The notes: generated from the sequence alone by a model not told the origin. 64,000 nt of DNA from Octopus sinensis (GCF_006345805.1 NC_042997.1:116126001-116190000); one strand, 5' to 3'; shown: positions 39,390 to 52,309, counted from the stretch's first letter. Made by a program: numbers and translations.

Positions 39390-39549
39390 TCGTGACAGGA
39401 GGTGCAAACGAGGGCAGCTGCATCAAACTCTCTCATGCACCAAATGTCAATTGCTAAAAAGCATTCGTGAAGTAAAATCATGTAGCAACACCAAATGGCG
39501 GTGCCCCAGCATGGCCACAGCTCGTGAGCTGAAACTAGATGAAAAAAAA
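39390..39549 (+). mobile_element. CR1-like LINE 3' end
   Basis: Homologous to 42115-42260; ends ggcggtgccccagcatggccacagctcgtgagctgaaacta. Confidence 0.7.
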
Positions 39550-39789
39550 TCATTAATATACTATTATAATATCTTATTATATATATATGTGTGTGTGTGC
39601 AGATCTTGGCTCAGGAACGAAATTTGCTCAGGGGAACAAACCAGGTCGAAAATCTTTTAAAAAGTCTTAATGTTTTTATTTATTTATTTTTGTTCTTTGT
39701 TCATTGAGAAGAACCCGACCTTCACGCTACTTTTTGCAGATCACTTTTTTCTAAAACTGAGGAAGGTAAATTTTGATTTTGCACCCACT

Positions 39790-40569
39790 AAAAATGTTTA
39801 GAAGGTCCGCTTGCAGCCCCTGCACCCACGATTCTCGGACCTATGCATGCAGAGGAACTGAAGAAAGATCCATTAGTCTTAAAGCGTATTGCTAAACCAG
39901 TAGCCCTTGCTTGCATCCAAGTAACTTGATGTTCAGTATATGTTAAATGCTGATTCAAGTAAGGGCGCAAATTTTAATCTCGCAACCTCCAAAATATTTA
40001 GGTCAGCTTGGTGCCCCTGCAGTCCCCTGTTCTCAGGCCTATGCATGCAGAGGAATTGAACTAAAGATCCTTTAGTCTCAAAGCGTATTGCTAAAGCAGT
40101 CAGCCCTTGCTTGTATCCAAGTAACCTGATGTTCAGCATATGTTAGATCCTGATTCAAGTAAGTAAGGGCGCAAATTTTAATTTTGCAACCCCCAAAATA
40201 TTAAGGAGGTCAGCTTGCAGCCCCTGCACCATCCTGTTCTCGCGCCTATGCATGCAGAGAAATTGAAGCAAAGATCCATTAGTTTTAAAGCGTATTTCTT
40301 AACCAGACAACGTTTGCTTGCATCCAAGTAACCTGATGTTCAGCATATGATGGATGCTGATTCAAGTAAGGGCACAAATTTTAATTTTGCAACCACCAAA
40401 ATATTTAGGAGGTCAGCTTGCAGCCCCTGCACCCGCTGTTGTCGGGCCTATGCATGCAAAGAACTTGAACTAAAGATCCTTTAGTCTCAAAGCGTATTTC
40501 TTAACCAGACAGCCCTTGCTTGCATCCAAGTAACCCGTTGTTCAGCATATATCAGATGCTGATTCAAGT
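39790..40569. repeat. Tandem array of about four ~202-bp units
   Basis: aaaata/gttt..ggtc(a/c)gcttg starts near 39790, 39991, 40195 and 40397. Confidence 0.9.
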
Positions 40570-41035
40570 GTTGTTGTCGATCCTTTTAGCTGTAAATTAT
40601 ATGAAGTTCAGGTTAGTGCTTCTACATGTCTGAATAACATTTGAGAATATGTTCGAAACGAACTAAATGTCTCTGGAATGTCTCTGTGGCCGATCTTATT
40701 GGTTGACCTCGGAACCGAAAGCAATCCTGGAAATGCCACACGAAATGTCAACAGGTTTATTGTTGAAGCTACGAACAAACACGAAATCACATATACACCA
40801 CATACACGCACGTACTCACGTGCACATGCACACATACATGCGCATACAAATACGCACGCATGAATGCGTTCACGCTAACAGATAATGAAACCATGAAGAT
40901 TCATAGCCACACACACACACACACCTACACACACATACACATTCATTAAGATATATTTAGAAATTATGGATATAAAAATTTTATTGTTCTTGCTATGGCT
41001 ACCGTTATGGTTGTTGTAGTTGTTACACATCTTCA

Positions 41036-41061
41036 TAATGATGATGATGTTAATGATTACT

Positions 41062-41114
<53 letters not shown>

Positions 41115-41345
41115 TATCATCATTATCATCATCATTATCATCATTATCATCATCATTATCATTATCATCATTATCATTATCATCATCATCATCATTATCA
41201 TCATTATCTTCATCATCATTATCATCATCGTCATCATTATCATTATCATCATCATCGCCTTCATCACCATTATCACCATCATCTTTATTAACCTCACCAT
41301 CATGATTATCAGCACCACCACCACTATCACAGTCATCATCATCAT
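41036..41345. repeat. (CAT)n microsatellite
   Basis: Explains the poly-His, poly-Met and poly-Ile ORFs in the track. Confidence 0.95.
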
Positions 41346-41849
41346 CTTCTGCAGTAACAGTAGTTTTCTTTTCATCCTCTTGTTGTTGTTGTTAGTATTT
41401 AAGGCGGCGAGCTGGCAGAATCTTTAGAATGTGTATGGAATCCCAAATGACGCCGGGATTTTGTAAAATATTACTAAAAATATAATTTGCTTTCTGAATA
41501 ATGTTGCATGTTGAATAAAATATAATTGTGTAAAATCTTAATGAATACGTTTGAGTGTATTCAGACGTGAAAAGATTCGTCGCTGCAGAAACAGTCTCAG
41601 GGGAAACATTTCTTCCTAGACATGGGTGAAAACATATATTGGGCTGTGAACGACGTCACCAGATTGTAGGAAGCATGTGTTTATGCGTTCTTTCGCTTGT
41701 AAGAATACGAGTAAGAATTGCCTGATAGCCGTCATATCTAAACAGGTATATGCCAATAGAATTAGCGTTGAATTCTCTCTCTCGCATTGTTTTTTGTTTG
41801 AGTGGATTAGCAATTATAGAACTTATAACATATGAAGTCACAATATTTG

Positions 41850-42283
41850 GCGGTTGTACTTAGGTCTTTTACTTAAAAAGTAGGCCCACTTTTACAACCC
41901 CAAGATAAACGTGTCCGTACGATGTACCTTTATCTAGTGCCTAAAAGTATTCCACTGCTGTCAAATTGCAGGACCAGATACAGTAATAGTTTGGGATTCA
42001 AAGGCTCAGAGCACTTCAATATCCCCCCGAAAGAGCTGAGAAATGTATATGGTATGGCTGTCGATGTCTTTGAAACTAAGGTGGATCTCCTACTGCAAAG
42101 AGTCCCAAATGAGCCAACTTCACGGCAGGAAGCAGGAACGAGGGTCCAGCATCAAACTCCCTCATTTCCCAAATTCCAGCTATTAAAAGAGGATTAATGA
42201 AGGTATAACAACATCAGTTGGCGGTGCACCAGCATGGCCACAGCCCTTGAGCTGAAACTATTAAAAGAATAAAAGATTAAAAG
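41850..42283 (+). mobile_element. CR1-like LINE 3' fragment
   Basis: TRYSNSLGFKGSEHFNIPPKELRNVYGMAVDVFETKVDLLLQRVPNEP; tail ggcggtgcaccagcatggccacagcccttgagctgaaactattaaaaga. Confidence 0.7.
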
Positions 42284-42519
42284 TTACGCATTCATACATA
42301 TAGACACATACACAAAAACATGCATATGCATATTCGGGTGGCTGGGTGCGTCGAAAAATAATCATGAAGTGAAGTCCTTCTTTTTAAGGGTAGAAAATAC
42401 TTCAGCTCCCAACAGTTGATAACTCGTTAGAAATTTCAAGATCCACCATGGCGTACAGTTCCCTTATCAGGGACTATAACATTATTATACACACGGGCAT
42501 CCAATATATTCGAAAGAAG

Positions 42520-42760
42520 CCATTCGACTAAGTGGCATGGAGTGTCTCACTACCATACTCCAACCTCTGATTCAGATTTGCTGTGTCCTCTCTATGAATT
42601 TTGTGGCGCATCTACAACAGTCTTTGCTCCCTGGACGGTTACATACCACGTCCATCCTCACACCACCTCTTCTTGTCATCCATTTTGTTTCTAGACCCTA
42701 GGCACCACTCGAACCACACATTCGAATCATTCGTTCCAGATCATCATCTCTCTTTAAACT
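42520..42760 (-). mobile_element. Possible very old RTE LINE remnant
   Basis: Fragments such as LERMIRMCG and GVRMD only. Confidence 0.25.
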
Positions 42761-43258
42761 TCCTGGACCACTTATTTATTTTCAATTGGTAGTTATTAGA
42801 AAAGGACATCACTCACGTTGATCTCACCACACTAATAGAGGTTGTGGGGGCTATGAGCATGGACCCTTCATCCAGTCCAATAAATGATGAATCCACAATG
42901 AATATCCAATCGTTCGAAGAACTGAATTACCTATTCGCTAAACTGACGCGCAAGTGGTTGAGTATTCCACAGACACATTGTAACGAGGCTGAACAACTGG
43001 ATTCATGTGGCAGGCTTCCACACAGTTTCTGCCATTTCAGTTTCATTCACAACATTTAGGTTTAACAGAAGCAATAGTTTAAGTCAATTATTAAAGATGC
43101 GACGCTGTGGGATCGAACTTGGGATCTCATAAGTGAGAAGCAAGCTTCATAACCGCTCAGCCTTGCCTGCGTCTACAAAGCAACATAAACGTGGGCTTTA
43201 ACTTATGAACCTTACAAATGTAATGTCTGTAATTCAAATATTTCACCAGACAATATCG

Positions 43259-43628
43259 TGACACTCCGTCGGTTACGACGACGAGGGTTCCAGTTGATCC
43301 GATCAACGGAACAGCCTACTCGTAAAATTAACATGCAAGTGGCTGAGTACTCCACAGACACGTGTACCCTTAACATAGTTCTCAGGGAGATTCAGTGTGT
43401 GACGAGGCTGGCCCCTTTGAATTACAGGTACAACAGAAATAGGAAGAAATAGTGAAAGAAAGTTGTGGTGAAAAAGTACAGCAGGGTTCGCCACCACCCT
43501 CTACCGGAGCCTCGTGGAGCTTTAGGTATTTTCACTCAAGAAACACTCACAACGCCCGGTCTGGGAATCGGAACTTCGATCCTACGACCGCGAGTCCGCT
43601 GCTCTAACCACGGGGCTATTGCGTCTCC
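43259..43628 (-). mobile_element. SINE family C, near full length
   Basis: Reverse complement of ggagacgcaatagccccgtggttagagcagcggactcgcggtcgtaggatcgaagttccgattcccagacc. Confidence 0.85.
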
Positions 43629-44156
43629 ACCAGACAATATATTACTGCTTTGTCATGATACCCAACAAAATATTTTTGTTTATGTTTTTTTAGTTTCACA
43701 ACTGCCAGAGTAATCAGGCACAAGCCGTCAATAATTACTCAAGGTAAGCTGTTGGTGACCTTTATGTGGTAAAACACACACAAAAAAGCGAAACACAGGC
43801 GCAAGACTATGTTGAAGGCAGATTTACTTCTGCCTTTATAGCACGTAAAGAAAACGGTGTTGTAGGAGTGTACGCAGCACGTGCACTACAGCACTTCTAT
43901 GCGTATCTTAAATACTGAGATTGAAAAGCAGGGACAAATTATGCCTACTTAATCTACAAAAAAATATATTTTGCATTTTATGCATTGTAATCACAATAAC
44001 CTTCATAATTTTATTGAATTAGGTGCATATTTTGTAATAAAAGGAAAATGTTGCTATTTTATTGAAAGTAGCCACTGCCTACCTTGCCTGCGTAGGCAGC
44101 ACGTCCCTGAATTTCCTGCTTCCTGCATCTCTTGCGATTCACTTTACTTCAATTTG

Positions 44157-44580
44157 AAGGCGATGAGCTGGCTGAACCGTTAGCACGCCGGGTGAAATGC
44201 GTAGCCGTATTTCGTCTGCCGATACGTTCTGAGTTCAAATTCCGCCGAGGTCGACTTTGCCTTACATCCTTTCGGAGTCGATTAAATGAGTACTAGTTAC
44301 GCACTGGAGTCGATATAATCGACTTAATCTATTTGTCTGTCCTTGTTTGTTCCCTCTGTGTGTAGCCCCTTGTAGGCAGTAAAGAAATAAGAAACGTTAG
44401 CACGCCGGGCGAAATGCTTAGCGTTATTTCGTCTGCCGTTACATTCTGAGTTCAAATTCCGCCGAGGTCGACTTTGCCTTTCATCCTTCGGGATCGATAA
44501 ATTAAGAACCAGTTGCATACTGGGGTCGATCTAATTGACTGCTCCCAAATATTTCGGGCCTTGTGCCTAGAGTAGAAAAC
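44157..44580 (+). mobile_element. Two tandem SINE A units with different 3' tails
   Basis: First ends ...agccccttgtaggcagtaaagaaata; second ends ...ggccttgtgcctagagtagaaaa. Confidence 0.85.
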
Positions 44581-44824
44581 AAAAGAATTTATTTACTTCG
44601 GTTCGTTTCCAGCGAAGTAGTCTATTTAGTCTTCTGATTATCTATCTATTTCTTCAAACGGGTCTTCTTTTATCGTTATCTCTTCAGATATTTAATGACA
44701 ACAGCTGCTACACGTACATCGATTCCTTTAAATATTATAGCTTTCCAGCACTTTCTTCTGCTTTTCTATTTCTTCAGTCGTTCTATTCTTACAGCTCTTT
44801 TGTCGGGACCTCAATATTTATAGG

Positions 44825-45345
44825 TACAAGGCGGCGAACTGGCAGAAACGTTACCACTCCAGGCGAAATGCTTAGTGGTATTTCATCTGTCTATACGTTC
44901 TGAGTTCCAATTCCACCGAGGTCGGCTTTGCCTTACATCCTTTCGGGATCGATAAATTAAGAATCAGTTACTCTTTTACTTGTTTCAGTCATGTGTGTGG
45001 CCATGCCGGAGCACCGCCTTCAGTCGAGAAATCGACCCCAGGACTTATTCTTTGTAAGCCTAGCACTTATTATATCGGTCTCTTTTGCCGAACCGCTAAG
45101 TTACAGGGACGTAAACACACCAGCTTCGGTTGTCAAGCGAAGTTGGGGGGACAAACACAGACACACAAACATATACACACACATACATATATATATATAC
45201 ACATATACGACGGGCTTTGGTCGGCCCGAGGCTATAGGTGGCTGGTAAGCAAGCTACTTAACACACAGCCACTCCTACGCTGGGGTCGATCTAATAGACT
45301 AGCCCCTTCCCCCCAAATTTCGGGCCTTGTGCCTAGAGTAGAAAG
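44825..45345 (+). mobile_element. SINE A interrupted by an antisense SINE B (44971-45280)
   Basis: SINE A breaks at cagtta and resumes at tggggtcgatctaatagact. Confidence 0.8.
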
Positions 45346-45764
45346 GAATGTTTATAGGTACCCCATTTGCACATGTGCCATTTCTATGCAATCTCTATAT
45401 CTATAACTCACCCCTTCAGAGATATCATATACATGAAAAATAAAACAATAAATCAATGTTAATATGTTTAATGCAGAAAACAGGAAAAACATCGAAAGTC
45501 AAGAGAACGCGCGCGTGCGCGTGTGTGGGAGTGTCTTTGCGCTTGCGTTGGTACTCCTACCATCAATTGACAACCGAGGTTGCTCTGTTTATGTCACCGA
45601 CATCTAACCGTTCGGCAAAATATAGCGATAGAATTAGCACAACATTTAAAACCCATGTACCGAAGTCGATTTGTCCGACTAAAACCTTCCAAGGCGGCGC
45701 CCCAGCACGGCTGCAAACCAATGACAGATACAAAAAAACGGTTAAAAGGTAACCGTCTCATCGT

Positions 45765-46270
45765 TTTGTATATCAAGGACTTTACTGTCCAGGGAGGAAT
45801 TACAACCATATTTCGTGGTCTGCTACCACAACAGCTCCTTTATAGGATCCAGTTAGCCAAGACATCCTCAGGAGGAACCGGTTTCGGGCCCCTACTCCTC
45901 TACCGTTTTGACGTGGCGGGGCCCCTCCTTTCGGAGGTATCGTCAGCTCTGGTGTTGGATGCATGTCTTCTTTCTTCTTCTTTCTTCTCTTCCTCGGCCT
46001 CTTCGACGTATCGTCAGCGAGTGTCAGCCAGTGACTGACTGACTTGTCAAATTTTTGCCTTTAAATACCTGCCGCTAGGCTCCAGCAGGCATCCCCAGCA
46101 AGTTGTCACGTGAGAGTGTCTCAACTTTAACTGACCAATGAAGGCGCGTATTCTTAGCCCGCGCATTCTGTAAACGACCGTCACCTGTCAGTCAGCGAAG
46201 CTAATTCAGTGTCAGTTTGTCTCACCTAGTGATGTTATTTCCCGCCGGCATGTTATGACTTTCAAGCCAT
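45765..46270 (-). promoter_or_regulatory. GC-rich LTR-like segment: CCAAT, E-box, TATA-like, Inr-like, then hammerhead-like motif
   Basis: CCAAT 46135-39, CACGTG 46107-12, TATTTAAA 46067-60, TCAGTC 46042-33; CUGACGA...GAAA-CCGG-UU at about 45946-45876. Confidence 0.45.
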
Positions 46271-46669
46271 TTTTGGTCTTCCCGCTTCAGCCATATATTA
46301 ATCCTTCAAAAGGGTGGTATATGATTTGAGGGAGATTTGACTACTCTTTCCAGCAGATTCAATTATTAGCTTGCCTGCTGCACTTGGTATTTATTGCGAT
46401 ATGAACTGTTGTATGTAAAAGTCAGGTATCATGACCTCAAACAGTTTTATGTTAATACGAAGCGGGAACGGACAATGGCTTGGCAGCTGACTGTTAGATA
46501 CGTTATCGATTCATCATCGGAATAGTATTGATTCGTCATTGAAATACTATCAATTCATCATCGAAACACAATCGATTCTTTCTCTCTCTCTAAGAATATC
46601 AATGTTGAACCATTTTAATGAAAAAATGTTTTCGCCGCAAAATTGTCACAAGCATAAATAAAATCTATC

Positions 46670-46915
<246 letters not shown>

Positions 46916-46944
46916 ACGCATTATACATATCATACATACATATA

Positions 46945-47315
46945 TCATCATCATCATCATCGTTTATGTCCGCTTTCTATGCTGGCATGGGTTGGACGGT
47001 TTGACATGGAGCTGACTACCTGGGAGCTGTCCAGATTCCGACTGTCTGCCGAGCCATGGTTTCTACGGCTTGATGCCCTTCCTAATGCCAAACACTTAAT
47101 AGAGTGTGTTGGGTGTTTTTATGCGGCACCGGCACGAGTGCGTTAACACAGTCCTGGCACAGGTGCTTTGTAAGTGGCACTGGCACCTGAAAGGTACAAG
47201 TCTGTATGTGTGGAAGACAGCGATTTTACTTAGCTTGATGTGTGCTATCAAGTACAGCAATTCGCTACATCTCCCGATCCCTTATCATTTCCTCAGTGAG
47301 GCCCAGCATCCGATG
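46945..47315 (-). mobile_element. SINE-like repeat with (GAT)n tail
   Basis: Reverse complement of ccgtccaacccatgccagcatagaaagcggacataaacgatgatgatg, a tail type I associate with RTE-mobilised SINEs. Confidence 0.5.
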
Positions 47316-47322
47316 TAAATGT

Positions 47323-47368
<46 letters not shown>

Positions 47369-47425
47369 ACACACGCACACGCACACACACACACACCACA
47401 CACACACACACTCACACACACACGC

Positions 47426-47477
<52 letters not shown>

Positions 47478-47509
47478 TGTTGTTTTCGGGATGGTCACTT
47501 CTTTTTGCT

Positions 47510-47853
47510 AAATATACACACGCACTATATATTTTTTTTTCTTTACTCGTTTATTACTGTTCTTATTTTATTAAATTTCACTCGTGTCCACTGTCCGGAT
47601 ATCTTTCGTCACACATCTGTGACCTCTTCAACGTCACTTTTCGATTTCGTGTGTGTTCTTGCTCCTCTTACTCCATTGTGATTTTCTAATAGAGTAAGTG
47701 GAGCAAGAACACACACGAAATCGAAAAATGACGCTGAAGAGGTTACAGATGTGTGACGAAAGATTTCCGGACAATGGACACGAGTGAAATTTAATAAAAT
47801 AAGAAGAGTAATAAACGAGCGGAGAAAAAAATACATAGTGCGTGTGTTTATTT
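47510..47853. repeat. 344-bp near-perfect palindrome with paired hammerhead-like motifs
   Basis: Arms 47510-47673 and 47692-47853, 18-nt loop; CUGAAGA-G-GUUACA(gaug)UGUGAC-GAAA-GAUU-UC at 47734-47767. Confidence 0.9.
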
Positions 47854-48423
47854 GACAAAAAAAAAAAGGAAAAAATGACTATTTCGAAATACAATATCTG
47901 TTTTAACACACGATTTCACATCAGGAATCTTGCAAAACGAATTGATAAACCACACACGTACACACAAACACATATAATTCTTTTCTGTTGCACTTGCATT
48001 ATTAGTTCGTAACGTTACGTTCGTCCGATCGTCGAAAGACCCTTTCATTTATTCATTTATTTGTATTCGTATATAATTCTTTTTCTTTCTGTATAGCCGA
48101 AAAGCGTTCTGTTCATGTATAGTTCTAGCTTTCTCGTTTTTGTTTCTATTCATGTTTTCGTCTTTATATACATTCGTTTGCCTTTCCCAGAGGCTTAATG
48201 TTTATAGCTTAAGTCCCTGACACCCGCTGGATTCGAGTGGTCTCGGAGATAAGGGGGCGAAACTACAATGACTTTCTGGACTCCGGCTGATGAGAAAATC
48301 GGTTGCGAACGATCCGTGTATCTTGTTTTTGTCCTGTTTGTCGTTTGTCGTGCTATGGTCAATTTTTCCGCATGTTGTGTTTTGTTGGTTTCCGTTTGTT
48401 GTGTTCTTTCTGTCCTACCTTTG

Positions 48424-48466
<43 letters not shown>

Positions 48467-48508
48467 ATATGTGTCTGTATATATATATATATTATATATA
48501 TAATATAT

Positions 48509-48578
<70 letters not shown>

Positions 48579-48852
48579 AGATATTGGTTTTCCTACTGTG
48601 CTTTTCTTCTCGTTCCACTATTTGCATCAACGTCCTTCTCGTTATTTTCTCATATAGTTTGCATAGACCAGCGTCCTGGTTTTTAAATATATTTAGCGCT
48701 ATGAACTGAACCTGAATAGTCGCTTAGAGATACATCTGCCAATTTAATATATATTAAACCACGAAACTATTAACTCTTTTGCAATTGTGCATATATAGTA
48801 CTTCTTTGTTGATCCTACCTATACTACACACACACATACATACACACATATG

Positions 48853-49146
48853 TTGTTTGTTCCTTCTCGAGCCACGCCTGGCTCATAGGGCCGGTTTCCT
48901 TGGTGTATAGGTTCCCCATCTAGACGAGACGCCGGTCCGTCGCAGGTGAACTGCGAGATGCAGGAGGAAAGAGTGAGAGAAAGTTGTGGCGAAAGAGTCA
49001 GCAGAAGTTCGCCATTACCGTCTGCCGGAGCCGCGTGGGGTTTAGGTGTTTCACTCATAAACACACACATCACCTGGTCTGAGATTCGAACCCGCGATTC
49101 CTCGACCGCGGGTCCGCTGCTCTAACCACTAGGCCATGTGCCTCCA
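48853..49146 (-). mobile_element. SINE family C
   Basis: Reverse complement of tggaggcacatggcctagtggttagagcagcggacc...gggttcgaatctc. Confidence 0.8.
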
Positions 49147-49309
49147 CACACACATATGTAGTTATGGTATATTCTGTTAGGAACATAGTACAGTATAAAG
49201 CACGCCCACCTGTGCTATCCAGTAGTACGATACGTACTTCTAGGTTTGCGTTCGAACATCTATCGTGTGTGAATAGATGACTGAAAAAATTGGAGTCAAC
49301 AAGAAGGGG

Positions 49310-49690
49310 TACGACTGGACATTTATTCTTTAATCACTACAATTGTTTCCACGCAACGTAGTTCTCCAGGTGTGCAGGTACTTTGTTATTCAACCGTTTC
49401 CCTGCTTTATTAGACTTAGTTGGGTTTTCTCAGGTGATATGTAAATATTGTCTCCGTAAGTTTGAAATCTTCGGCTTCAGGAACATCTCTGTCGGTCTTG
49501 ACCTGAATTTAGTAGTAGTCACCTAGCTTATCAGGGTGTGTTGCTGCTGAAAGTGTAGATGTAGTGGGATGGTGATTCTGTTACTGATAAAATGGTTGCC
49601 GTTTTAAAGGGATTGGTTGCCGTTTTAAAGGGATTTAAAGGGATTTATTTGTACTGCTGGTTTGTTCTTCATGGTTGGTTACACATGCGA
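49310..49690 (-). mobile_element. Penelope-like element 3' remnant with hammerhead motif
   Basis: Frameshifted SSTNKS..NH..., DKLGDYY*IQVKTDRDVPEAEDFKLTET, SLIKQ..ITKYLH, then CAC-CUGGAGA-...-GAAA-CAAUUG-UA-GUG (49372-49335). Confidence 0.5.
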
Positions 49691-49860
49691 TTGTCCTTAG
49701 CTGACCTTTAAAATTCGAGCTATTCGTACAGATACTTATTGGTTCACATATACTTCCATATATGTACTAACGCTCGAACACACACACATACATACGCACA
49801 CACACATACATGTATACATATATATATATATATTATATATATATATTATATATATATATA

Positions 49861-50332
<472 letters not shown>

Positions 50333-50421
50333 TAATTTATTAGAGACGAAACCACTATTTTGCAAAACAAACGGAAAGACTTATCAATACATAAAATTTT
50401 AATAAAAAGTCAAAAAAACCG

Positions 50422-50465
50422 CCACTACAATTGTTTCTGTGTCCTGATCGACAATCTTCAGGTGG
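50422..50465 (-). ncRNA. Minimal type I hammerhead ribozyme candidate
   Basis: CCAC-CUGAAGA-UUGUC(gaucag)GACAcA-GAAA-CAAUUG-UA-GUGG; one extra base in stem II. Confidence 0.7.
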
Positions 50466-50482
50466 ACTTCCAATTTTCAAGT

Positions 50483-50525
50483 CCACCTGAAGATTGTCGA
50501 TCAGGACAAGAAACAATTGTAGTGG
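50483..50525 (+). ncRNA. Minimal type I hammerhead ribozyme, fully canonical
   Basis: CCAC-CUGAAGA-UUGUC(gaucag)GACAA-GAAA-CAAUUG-UA-GUGG; predicted cut after 50521. Confidence 0.85.
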
Positions 50526-51146
50526 CGGTTTTTTTAACTTTTTATTAAAATTTTATGTATTGATTAAGTCTTTCCTTGTTTGTTTTGCAAAATAGTGGTT
50601 TTGTCTCTAATAATATTATATAATATTTTACTATAAAATTGGATTTAATCCTAAATCTGATTTTTTTCCCCTGTAAATTTGGATTTATTCCCTAATATTT
50701 ATTATTATATATATATATATATATATATAAATTCACATACATATATATTGTTGTTGTTCCTCTTCTCCTCCCTCCTCCTTTTTCTCCTCCTCCACCCCTT
50801 CTCTTCCTCCACTTCTTCTCCTCCACCCTTTCTTCTTCCACTATTTCTTCTTCTCATCCTCTCTCTCCTCCGCCTCTTCTCCTCTTTTTTCTTCTTCTTC
50901 TCCACCCCTTTCTTCTCCTTCTCATCCCCTCCTTTTCCTTCTCCTGCTCCTCCTCCACCCCCTTTTCTTCTTCATGTTCTCTCTTCCTTTCCCCTTTTCT
51001 TCTCCACCTCCACCCTTCTTTCCTATACACGCCCGCGCATGTGCGTCTCAGTCCGTCTTGCCTCTCTATTTATCTCCCGTTACATCAATCTCCCCTTGTT
51101 TCTAGGGTACCTAACAGAATAGGTTTACATATCTGAAAGCAAAGGG

Positions 51147-51204
<58 letters not shown>

Positions 51205-51476
51205 AAGAGAAGGGATGAGCAGAGAAATTGTATAAGAAAGAGGAAAGTATGGTTGCGTGGGTAAGAATAACAGTCGAATAAGAAATATATTTCGATTAAA
51301 ATCTCCGATGATTGTCAGTCAGATAAATATAGAGATTATAACCTAATAATTTATTACCTATAAAAACACGGTTATATGGACATATACGAAATCAACATGA
51401 AATATATACATACATACATAAATGCTTACTTATACAAACGCATACATATATATAAATACACATACGTGTGTGCATG

Positions 51477-51548
<72 letters not shown>

Positions 51549-51624
51549 CTTCCACTTTTCCTGAACGTCAATATAATACACCTTTGTTGGCCCTTCAAAT
51601 AGTCTTGAAATATTCTGTATTATA

Positions 51625-51845
51625 TAAGGCGTCAAGCTGGCCGCTTCATTAGCACGCCGGGTAAACTGCTTAGAAGAGTTTCGTCTGTTTTTACCATCTG
51701 AGTTCAAATTCGGTGCCGGCCTCGGTCGGCTTTGCTTTTCATCCATTCAGAGTCGATAAAATAATTACTAGTTTAGCACTGGGATCGATGTAATCAACTT
51801 ACACACCTCTTCTGAAATTGCTGGCCTTGTGCCAAATAGAAATCG
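51625..51845 (+). mobile_element. Diverged SINE A copy
   Basis: aaggcgtcaagctgg...ctgagttcaaattc...ggccttgtgccaaa. Confidence 0.75.
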
Positions 51846-51866
51846 AAATATGTTGTAACATATGTA

Positions 51867-51977
51867 CAGTAATCCTTCGTCATATCGCAGTTCACCTTTC
51901 GCGGTTTGCTATTTGAGCTTACGTCGATTCCTCCGTGGTGTTGCTTCGCATTTATAATAAAATAAATATGTACAAAT

Positions 51978-52023
<46 letters not shown>

Positions 52024-52118
52024 CAGAACATTACAGTTTCTACTTCACGGATTTTTACCATTTCACCAATCACGTGAGTTTTTGGAACGTAACACTCGCG
52101 ATAGTCAAGGGATTACTG
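51867..52118. mobile_element. Complete Tigger-like MITE
   Basis: TA-cagtaatccttcg ... caagggattactg-TA; TA target duplication on both sides. Confidence 0.8.
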
Positions 52119-52138
52119 TACTGTTGTGTCATTTACAG

Positions 52139-52309
52139 AGGCGCAGGAGTGTGTAAGTAGCTTGCATACCAACACATGGTTCCGGGTTCAGTCCCACTGC
52201 GTAGCATCTTGGGCAAGTGTCTTCTACTATAGCCTCGGGACGACCAAAGCCTTGTGAGTGGATTTGGTAGACGGAAACTGGAAGAAGCCCGTCATATATA
52301 TATATATAT

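Larger units (their letters stand above)
50337..50613. repeat. 277-bp near-perfect palindrome with two inverted hammerhead motifs
   Basis: Arms meet at a 9-nt loop (50470-50478). Confidence 0.92.

Noticed and set aside
41560-41715. Two short plus-strand exon candidates
   Set aside because: Would need a ~44-nt intron; no recognisable protein
43929-44109. hAT MITE with CAGGGAC ends
   Set aside because: Only 7 bp of inverted match and no TSD
50679-51122. Proline/serine-rich ORF
   Set aside because: Translation of a C/T-rich low-complexity tract
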